In this document: positions 1 through 6,702 of the stretch, piece by piece
Position numbering within the stretch: the stretch's first letter is position 1
How the letters are laid out: each line of letters opens with the position of its first letter
Origin: Octopus sinensis
Lineage: Eukaryota
Direction: 5' to 3'
NCBI RefSeq assembly: GCF_006345805.1
Contig: NW_021827866.1
Coordinates: 1 to 9,171 of the forward strand
Length of the DNA stretch: 9,171 nt
The notes under the pieces: model-generated
The model's input: the letters and a program-made list of their open reading frames with translations, nothing else
Databases searched by the model: none
Told to the model about the DNA's origin: nothing
Made by a program: the position numbers and the translations under genes

Positions 1-146
1 GCGCGCTTATTCAGTCACCGGGCTCGATATGAATCACGACTATAGATACCCGAATTTGGTTAAACTGCACCGCAAATGTGGGAGAAGTTAGGAATCTAAA
101 TCGAAGGGGACAGACACTCACACAACTAGAGTTTTATATATATAGA
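1..146 (-). mobile_element. Non-autonomous Helitron, 5' end (copy runs off the window start)
   Basis: Reverse complement starts A|TCTATATATATAAAACTCTAGTTGTGTGAG... and is near-identical to 3866-4012, with two 1-nt T indels and a few differences near position 1-20. Confidence 0.85.
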
Positions 147-232
147 TATCACCACCCACTCCTTAATTCCCTACTGCTTGCTACCAGTCATCATCCAACA
201 TTCCGCCACTGCTGCTAGTAGCCTCGTCCACC

Positions 233-277
233 ATACACACACATACACACACACACGCACACACTCACACACACACC
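233..277. repeat. (CA)n microsatellite, imperfect
   Basis: Direct reading of the sequence. Confidence 0.9.
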
Positions 278-377
278 CTTGTCATCTCGCACACCTCTTT
301 TACCATTCAGTCTCTGACCCGCTCTTTTGTTATTAAAAACACTTTTCCTTCCTTTTGACCACTTCCGTCCTTTTAGT

Positions 378-571
378 ATGTGACCTCGTGTAGACTACCT
401 GCAGTTTTTTTTCCTCTGTCCTTCCCATCTCGGGATGTTTCTTTCTCCTATGTTTCCGACGAAGAGCTCCGCTTGAAACGTCAAACCCTCCTTCTTCCCT
501 TCTTTCCTGAGCGTCCAATAATACTTTATTTGTTCCACATCCTTGCGTTGTTGTTTTTTGTTTTCTTGTTT
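378..571 (+). mobile_element. Hammerhead-carrying dispersed repeat (Penelope pLTR / retrozyme-like), family A copy 1
   Basis: Aligns along its length with the reverse complement of 4393-4590 and contains a hammerhead motif at 452-486. The element may extend upstream toward ~150. Confidence 0.7.
452..486 (+). ncRNA. Minimal type I hammerhead ribozyme, variant core CCGACGA
   Basis: Stem I GUUU(452-455)/AAAC(483-486); core CCGACGA(456-462) plus an extra A; stem II GAGC-UCC-GCUU; GAAA(475-478); palindromic mini stem III ACGU; GUC triplet with predicted cut after 482. Confidence 0.75.
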
Positions 572-668
572 ATATATATATGTGAAAATAGTAATGCAAT
601 ACGAGAGTATTGCTTTCCAGTAAAGGATAGCCCGTGAGGGTAAAATTATACATAAAAGAATACATATA

Positions 669-905
669 TCTTTTGTCTTTTACTTGGTATATATATATAT
701 TATATATATACACTTGTTACAATCATTGAACTGCGACCATGCTGGAGTACCACTTTCGTGGATTTAGTCAAACAAATCGAACATGTTCTTTAACTCTTGT
801 ACATGCTGTGTGACACTCTTTTGTCGAACTGCTCACAATGTAGCGGTTTTCAAGTGGTGGAGGGAACATGCACAACACAAACACACATATACACACACAC
901 AGACA
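669..905 (-). mobile_element. Old, degraded 3' half of the tRNA-derived (CORE-like) SINE family 1
   Basis: Diverged matches to the copy at 2769-3191: TCTTTTACTTG, CCATGCTGGAG.AC, TTTAGTC.AACAAATCGA, CTTTT.TG.CGAACTGCT and CGGTT.TCAAG. Confidence 0.75.
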
Positions 906-920
906 CATAACATATATACT

Positions 921-1005
921 TACATACATACATGTATGTATGTACGTATGTATGTATGTATGTATGTATGTATGTATGTATGTATGTATGTATGTATGTA
1001 TGTAT
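921..1005. repeat. (TACA)n/(TATG)n tetranucleotide microsatellite
   Basis: Direct reading of the sequence. Confidence 0.95.
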
Positions 1006-1008
1006 ATA

Positions 1009-1505
1009 AAGGTTTTGTGATTCAGTCTAACTTTTAGCCTCGCCGTTAGAACCAATGAGAATTTTTAAATCTAGTTTTTAGACTATTTCCAGCCAGTCAT
1101 AAATATAGAATTTGCAATAGAAGAACGTTTAAGGTTACCGATTCTTCTAAAAACTTCGCTTCTTTTATAAACCAGCAGAACACAAAGATTCTTAACAAAA
1201 CTAACGACGCCGCGGAAAAATCTGGCCCAAAATGTAATCATAAAGATCCGGGCAGCTGTCCTTTAAATGGAAATTGTTTAATCAAAGGCATAGTTTATAG
1301 AACCAAGGTTCAGCTGGACAACACAAATACGCACAAAATATACTCAAGTTCCACAGAAAGCAGTTTCAAAGCGAGATTATATTCCCACAGAAATGCTTTT
1401 AAGTAAGTACCCGTAAACAGATCTGCAGCGAGTTCGGATAAATATATATGGAAGTTAAATGAAACAGGTTCTTCCTCGTTTAAGATTTATTGGTCCATTT
1501 TGTGT
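1009..1505 (+). pseudogene. Decayed Penelope-like retroelement ORF fragment: RT thumb/linker plus GIY-YIG endonuclease (Naiad-type)
   Basis: Manual translation: [15 protein letters not shown] (1009-1056), frameshift, then from 1059 EFLNLVFRLFPASHKYRICNRRTFKVTDSSKNFASFINQQNTKILNK..KCNHKDPGSCPLNGNCLIKGIVYRTKV..KIYSSSTESSFKARLYSHRNAFK*..KYIWKLNE..KIYWSILC. This matches the PLE pattern WFNPPFS..HKIFNR..CNC..CPL.G.C..VVY..YIG.T..FK.R..H..YIW.L..I.W.I. Stops at 1018 and 1404; YIG decayed to YSS. Confidence 0.88.
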
Positions 1506-1714
1506 ATACTCTTTATTCTTTAACTCTTTTACTTGTTTGAGTCATTTGACTGTGGCCATGCTGGAGCACCGCCTTTAGTCGAACAAATCGACCCTATGAC
1601 TTATTTTATTGGCAACTTTTGCCGAACCGCTAAGTTACGTGGACGTAACACACCACCATCGGTTGTCAAGCGATGTTGGGGGGACAAACACAACACATAA
1701 ACACCACACCCACA

Positions 1715-1785
<71 letters not shown>

Positions 1786-1929
1786 ATACGACAGGCTTCT
1801 TTCAGTTTCTGTCTACCAAATCCACTCACAAAACTTTGGTCGGCCCGAGTCTATAGTAGAAGACACTTGCCCAAGGTGCCACGCAGTGGGAATGAACCCG
1901 GAACCATGTGATTGGTAAGCAAGCTACTT
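1506..1929 (-). mobile_element. tRNA-derived CORE-like SINE family 1 (octopus OR-type), body and tail; interrupted at the head
   Basis: Colinear with 2769-3191 and with 7792-8176 reversed. Internal (TA)n at ~1718-1787. The head continues at 2494-2532. Confidence 0.9.
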
Positions 1930-2493
1930 TATTTCATATAATTTGCCATTTAGGCAGTTACAAAGAGGGGACAAACAAGGACAGACAAACATAAAGGGTG
2001 AAGTAGCTTTACACGGTTAAAAATTTCGAATGAAATTACGAATGAGATTATAAACAATGAATTTTACGAAGACAATGTTTAAAAATATTACATATGGGTC
2101 ATGTCGAAGGACAGACACCCAGCCATCTGGGTAGAACCTTTATTTCTTGTTCCGGCCACACTTACCTGGTGCCAAACATACCCAGCTTGCATGCCACAGG
2201 CTTCCATCTTTTCACAAACATATCTCGTGGCAGACACCTCTTCTCCAGCTTGATCTTACTACCGAGGTGGTAACTAAAAAAAGTTAACCAACCCCTGGCC
2301 GGAGACAAAGGTACCTGTCACTATACCTTTCGTACGCGTCTTCCATACTGTTTCTTTCTGTATGGCTACTACGCAGAGAAAACAAGCCTTCCTTTCCCTG
2401 CTGAGGAAAGGAGGTGGCACAATCTCGATGATAGACTCAAAACAACGCAGCAAAACTCTTACCGAGAAGAAAAACACGTCCAAACCGTAGTAA
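1930..2493 (-). mobile_element. 5'-truncated L1/Tx1-like LINE: ORF2 C-terminus plus 3' UTR
   Basis: Flanked by a TSD, GGTAAGCAAGCTACTT (1914-1929) / GGTAAGCAAAGCTACTT (2494-2510). The minus frame reads ESIIEIVPPPFLSRERKACFLCVVAIQKETVWKTR..GQGLVNFF, frameshifts in the A7 run at 2276-2282, then SYHLGSKIKLEKRCLPRDMFVKRW..GTR* (stop 2162-2164). This resembles the Tx1/L1 ORF2 end pattern (AK..IW..R ... F..RW). Confidence 0.78.
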
Positions 2494-2532
2494 GGTAAGC
2501 AAAGCTACTTACCACGCAGCCACTCCTACGTC
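2494..2532 (-). mobile_element. Displaced 5' tRNA head (A-box) of the SINE at 1506-1929
   Basis: GGTAAGCAAAGCTACTTACCACGCAGCCACTCCTACGTC matches the head of the 2769-3191 copy; the A-box on the minus strand is TGGCTGCGTGG. Confidence 0.88.
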
Positions 2533-2768
2533 TGAATATACATATTCAATATCTATACGCATGCGCGTAATTATGCATATTTTTTTCATAATACGTTTCA
2601 GCAGGTTTGAACGTGACTATGTTGATCGACGCTGTGTACGGTAAAAGTGAGCAACTCCCTTACAATGAATGTTTTCATGGCACGTGCGCGCACGCAAACA
2701 TTATAGCTGTATGTATATGTATGTACAAATATATCATACATATATACATACACGCGTTTGCATGTATG

Positions 2769-2989
2769 TATTCTTTTACTCTTTTACTTGTTTCAGTCAT
2801 TTGACTGCAGCCATGCTGGAGCACCGCCTTTAGTCGAGCAAATCGACCCCGGGACTTATTCTTTGTAAGCCCAGTACTTATTCTGTCGGTCTCTTTTGCC
2901 GAACTGCTAAGTGACGGGGACGTAAACACACCAGCATCGGTTGTCAAGCAATGCTAGAGGGACAAACACAGACACACAAACATATACCC

Positions 2990-3029
<40 letters not shown>

Positions 3030-3191
3030 GACAGGCTTCTTTCAGTTTCCGTCTACCAAATCCACTCACAAGGCCTTGGTCGGCCCGAGGCCATAGCAGA
3101 AGACACTTGCCCAAGATGCCACGCAGTGGGACTGAACCCGGAACCATGTGGTTGGTTAGCAAACTACTTACCACACAGCCACTCCTGCGCC
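2769..3191 (-). mobile_element. Full-length tRNA-derived CORE-like SINE family 1
   Basis: Minus strand: GGCGCAGGAG-TGGCTGTGTGG (A-box), GGTTCAGTCCC (B-box), CTTGGGCAAGTG (CORE-like start), internal (TA)n, tail GAAACAAGTAAAAGAGTAAAAGAATA. Confidence 0.92.
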
Positions 3192-3635
3192 ACACACATG
3201 TATGTATATACACACACACAAATGTATAAATATCTCAATGTTTAAGTTTTGTCCTATTTTGCAGGCGATCTGGTCACATTTCAAATATATGTGTGCTGAT
3301 CTTATTGAGGGCTTAATGCAACAGGCGACAGTTTGGTTCCACTGTTTTATCAAGTGCTTTATTTGAGCCAAGGACCAGAAGTGTGCCAGTCAATTTGGCT
3401 ATTTAAACTGCTTCTCTGTTCCTCTCTCCACCTCTCTCCTCCCACTATGTCCACCCTCTCCCCCTCCTTTTTCCTTCTTCTCCCCTCCCTCTCACCCTTC
3501 CCTCCCTTCTCCCTCTCTCTACTCAATTTTTGACTGGGCACCAGATAGTCGGCTGCCACAAGCAAGCCGCTTCTCATTCTAGTTTCCAGCGATTCTCTTG
3601 CAAGCATATTTTCAGAGGCCCTTCCTAAACCGTGC

Positions 3636-3693
3636 AGGTACATCTGACGACCGTGAGTTAAATACTGGCGCGAAACTGAGAGTTATGTAACCT
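3636..3693 (+). ncRNA. Type I hammerhead ribozyme, family B, canonical core
   Basis: Stem I AGGUACAU(3636-3643)/AUGUA-a-CCU(3685-3693); CUGACGA(3644-3650); imperfect stem II CCGUGAGU-UAAAU-ACUGGCGC; GAAA(3672-3675); stem III ACU-GAG-AGU; GUU triplet with predicted cut after 3684. Confidence 0.8.
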
Positions 3694-3865
3694 CGTTTCT
3701 TCACATGACCGTTATATGATGCTATTCATCTCTTTTTAGCATATCCGATGCTCATTTTTGATGTATGAAAGGCACCCTTTCATATACATCAGTAACACAT
3801 ACACATATAAACACATATATATACAGATAGATCTGCGTGTATGCATATGCATGTATTTGTGCATA

Positions 3866-4372
3866 TCTATATATATAAAACTCTAGTTGTGTGAGTGTCT
3901 GTCCCCTTCGATTTAGATTCCTAACTTCTCCCACATTTTGCGGTGCAGTTTAACCAAATTCGGGTATCTTATAGTCGTGATTCATATCGAGCCCGTCTGA
4001 CTATTAGCGCGCGTCAACGATGAGTCTACGATTTTAAAAATAATTTAACATAATTTTTTATTCCATTTTAATGCATAAAATCATCGTATGTCGATGGCGG
4101 CGGAGTTGGCGTCCACGCTCACAGCTGCACCTTTTGCTTCTCCCCTTCCCTTTCTCCCTCGTGAAGCTGTGGGGAAGGGAGTGTAAAGAAATCAACGTCG
4201 TAATGCGTTGTGAAGGAGACCAGCGTTCTTTTAGAACAACGACTTCATGGCTTGAAGACACCAAAACAAAAATGGCTAAGAAAGCCCGAATTTATAAGGG
4301 AAGTAACTCTCTAAAAATGCTTATATAGTTATTTCCCTTACAAACCCGAGCAACGCCGGGCGATACTGCTAG
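3866..4372 (+). mobile_element. Complete non-autonomous Helitron (507 bp)
   Basis: 5' TC start after host A3865 and 3' CTAG (4369-4372) before host T4373. Subterminal GC-rich hairpin CCCGAGCAACGCCGGG (4345-4360) lies 8 nt before CTAG. No TSD, no ORF, and a second copy at 1-146. Confidence 0.9.
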
Positions 4373-4392
4373 TGTATATATAAAGTTAATCC

Positions 4393-4590
4393 AAACAAGA
4401 AAGCACAAAAAAACACGACAACGCGAGGACGTGGAACAAATATAGTATTATAGGACGCTCAGGAAAGAAGGAAAGAAGGAGGGCTTAACGTTTCGAGCGG
4501 AGCTCTTCGTCGGAAACATAGGAGAAGGAAAGATCCAGAGAAGGGAAGACAGAGGGAAAAAAATCACCAACGGTACACACGCGGTCACAT
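4393..4590 (-). mobile_element. Hammerhead-carrying dispersed repeat, family A copy 2
   Basis: Inverted, diverged homolog of 378-571, bounded by (TA)-rich microsatellite. Confidence 0.72.
4483..4517 (-). ncRNA. Minimal type I hammerhead ribozyme, variant core CCGACGA
   Basis: Minus strand reads GUUU-CCGACGA-A-GAGC-UCC-GCUC-GAAA-CG-UU-AAGC: perfect stem II, stem I with one G-U pair, GUU triplet. Confidence 0.77.
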
Positions 4591-4595
4591 TTTGA

Positions 4596-4611
4596 ATGTA
4601 TATGTGTATAC

Positions 4612-4663
<52 letters not shown>

Positions 4664-4842
4664 ATGTATGCATGTGTGTACGTATCGATGTGCGTATGCA
4701 CGAGTGTTTATGTATAGTAATATGTATTTAAGTATGTATATATTTATGTACATACATATTTGTGTGTGCATTTATGAGTGTATGTACAGATTTATGCATA
4801 CATGTATATACGTATTTATGTATGTACATAAGTATGTGTATG
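4596..4842. repeat. Compound (TA)n/(TG)n/(TATG)n low-complexity tract
   Basis: Direct reading of the sequence. Confidence 0.9.
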
Positions 4843-5086
4843 TCCTCTTGCTCTTTTTAATTTAGAATAAATCCTGATCGTCAACCTACAAGGTAGCAAG
4901 GATGTAAAGGAAAGTATATTGTTTTAACCACCATCCTTTAGATCTAACGAAAGTCTTGCAGATTTTTGTTGTGCCAGATATCGTGATCATTTGTGACGTA
5001 TGAATTTAGGATTTTCATTCTCTCCGCCAAGATCCCAAGTTCAGCCATACTTGGTTCCAAACGGGTATGTATGTATGTATGTATGT

Positions 5087-5615
5087 CAGGTCACTTTCGA
5101 GTGCTACTGTTAACATGTAACCCAGTACAACCTGTTGCATGGTCGGGTCGTCGGCGACTAAACCGGTAACCCCACCGAGCTTGCTTGGTGAGGAGGGTGT
5201 TTATTGGACACCCTGCGGGATGAAAAACAAAACCCGTCAAAGGGCGGAGGAACTCTTGAGAGTCAACAGCCATCTAATAAATGTCTTAAGGCTGTATCAT
5301 GCGCGGGGACATAGATCACGCGGTTAAACCGTTGGGAGTGAAGGACTCCTAGCCTTTGTTAGGGCATCCTTCTCGGAGAAGGTAACTCAGGTAACTGGGA
5401 TAACTCCGACATAAATCTGCGGCTCAGTGGTTACCGATGATGTTGACTTGTTCTTCTTTTCGGATTATGGCTACTGTTGCTTAGTAAGTGGGATTGACTC
5501 AGTGCACAGCCTTTCCCCACTTTAAAACAAAATCTTCTTGCACAGGCATTGCACGATAACAACATTGATTAAGCTTCGTGCAATGGCCATACTCGATAAG
5601 GAGGGGGCAGCCACC
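5087..5615 (+). mobile_element. Non-autonomous RTE-like retroelement (structured 5' UTR-like sequence, no ORF)
   Basis: GC-richer block set between (TATG)n runs. It contains TTAGGGCATCCTTCTCGGAGAAGGTAACTC and GGCGACTAAA, both reminiscent of RTE-clade 5' UTR motifs (from memory), several hairpins, and an (ATGT)n 3' tail. Confidence 0.55.
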
Positions 5616-5804
5616 ATGTATGTATGTATGTATGTTTGTATGTATGTATGTATGTATGTATGTATGTATGTGTGTATGTATGTATGTATGTATGTGTGTA
5701 TGTATGTATGTATGAATGCATGTATGTATGTGTGTGTGTATGTATGTATGTATGTTGTATGTATGTATGTATGTATGTATATATGTATGTATGTATGTAT
5801 GTAT
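5616..5804. repeat. (TATG)n microsatellite, ~190 bp
   Basis: Direct reading; source of the spurious (YVCM)n/(IHTY)n ORFs. Confidence 0.95.
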
Positions 5805-5852
5805 CAATATTCTTTGATGTCTATTATTGAAGACCTGATTATCTGCACTAAG

Positions 5853-5892
5853 GTGGAGGCGCAATAGCCCAGTGGTTAGGACAGCGAACTCA
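5853..5892 (+). mobile_element. Truncated 5' tRNA head of SINE family 3
   Basis: GTGGAGGCGCAATAGCCCAGTGGTTAGGACAGCGAACTC aligns with 7378-7416. Confidence 0.75.
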
Positions 5893-6540
5893 CTGGTGGA
5901 CGTTTGATTTTGCAACTCCTGTCTCGCCATTTGTTTGTCGCACTGATTTTCTTGAACTCCGGCAATATGTTTATAGTAACCATTCGGCGAGCTGGCAGAA
6001 ACGTTAGCATGCCGGGCGAAATGCGTAGCCGTATTTCGTCTGTCGTTACGTTCTGAGTTCAAATTCCGCCGAGGTCGTCTTTGCCTTTCATCCTTTCGGG
6101 GTCGATGAATTAAGTACCAGTTTCCAACTGGGGTCGATGTAATCGACTTAATCCCTTTGTCTGTCCTTGTTTGTCCCCTCTATGATTAGCCCCTTGTGGG
6201 CAGTAAAGAAATACACTCTTGCTTTGTGGAGCTCTTCGATGTCCGTGGTCATCCGGAACGTTTCTTATGGACATTTCTGAACAATTCCGTCTGCTTTAAA
6301 CTTAACTCTAATTCGAGTGATTGTAAGTTGCGTAAGTGGGTCTTGTTGAAACTCCCTCTTTCGCTGTATTTGAACTTCGACAGCGTTTTCATACGGCCAG
6401 TAGCATTTTGGGGTAAATTTCCTTTGCTTAAAGCTAAATCTGGCTCTCTTCATTATTTCTAATGGGTTGAATAAAAGGAAACTCTAAAATAAGTTAGTTA
6501 CCAGCTGTTAAAGTATGTATACGGTTTTTAGGATGCCCTG
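5893..6540 (-). mobile_element. Tc1/mariner DNA transposon, left end and decayed N-terminal HTH (DUF4817-like) of the transposase; split by a SINE
   Basis: The minus strand begins TA|CAGGGCATCCTAAAAACCGTATAC (TA at 6541-6542). ATG 6453 gives MKRARFSFKQRKFTPKCYWPYENAVEVQ..TITRIRVKFKADGIVQ, then a frameshift to NVHKKRSG*PRTSKSSTKQE (decayed GRPR motif). The frame resumes at 5985-5893: WLL*TYCRSSRKSVRQTNGETGVAKSNVHQ. Confidence 0.87.
5986..6213 (+). mobile_element. tRNA-derived SINE family 2 (central domain resembles the Meta domain)
   Basis: A-box-like TGGCAGAAACG and B-box GAGTTCAAATTCC; central GCCTTTCATCCTTTCGGGGTCGATGAATTAAGTACC; ends AAAGAAATA. Flanks are CATTC (5981-5985) / CACTC (6214-6218). 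Confidence 0.88.
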
Positions 6541-6548
6541 TAAATATG

Positions 6549-6555
6549 CAGAGGG

Positions 6556-6583
<28 letters not shown>
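6549..6583. repeat. (GA)n microsatellite
   Basis: Direct reading of the sequence. Confidence 0.95.
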
Positions 6584-6586
<3 letters not shown>

Positions 6587-6702
6587 GGGTATATAAAGTC
6601 ATTATAAGAATAGTAAGTCACAAGGGAGAGCACTCATCACTCATTTAAGTTGGATTGTAACGGTGAAATTTTGTTTCATAATAAATACATTTAATTTGCA
6701 GT

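Noticed and set aside
921-944. Perfect 24-bp palindrome TACATACATACATGTATGTATGTA
   Set aside because: It is a head-to-head junction of one microsatellite and is expected in such tracts.
2401-2410. CTGAGGA followed by AAG as a hammerhead core
   Set aside because: No stem II or stem I is present, and it lies antisense within the LINE coding remnant.
1-4012. 146-bp inverted repeats (1-146 / 3866-4012) read as TIRs of a 4-kb transposon or as an inverted segmental duplication
   Set aside because: The right copy continues to a Helitron hairpin-CTAG end, so these are two Helitron copies. The order of Helitron and hammerhead element differs between the two sides, which excludes a single duplication.
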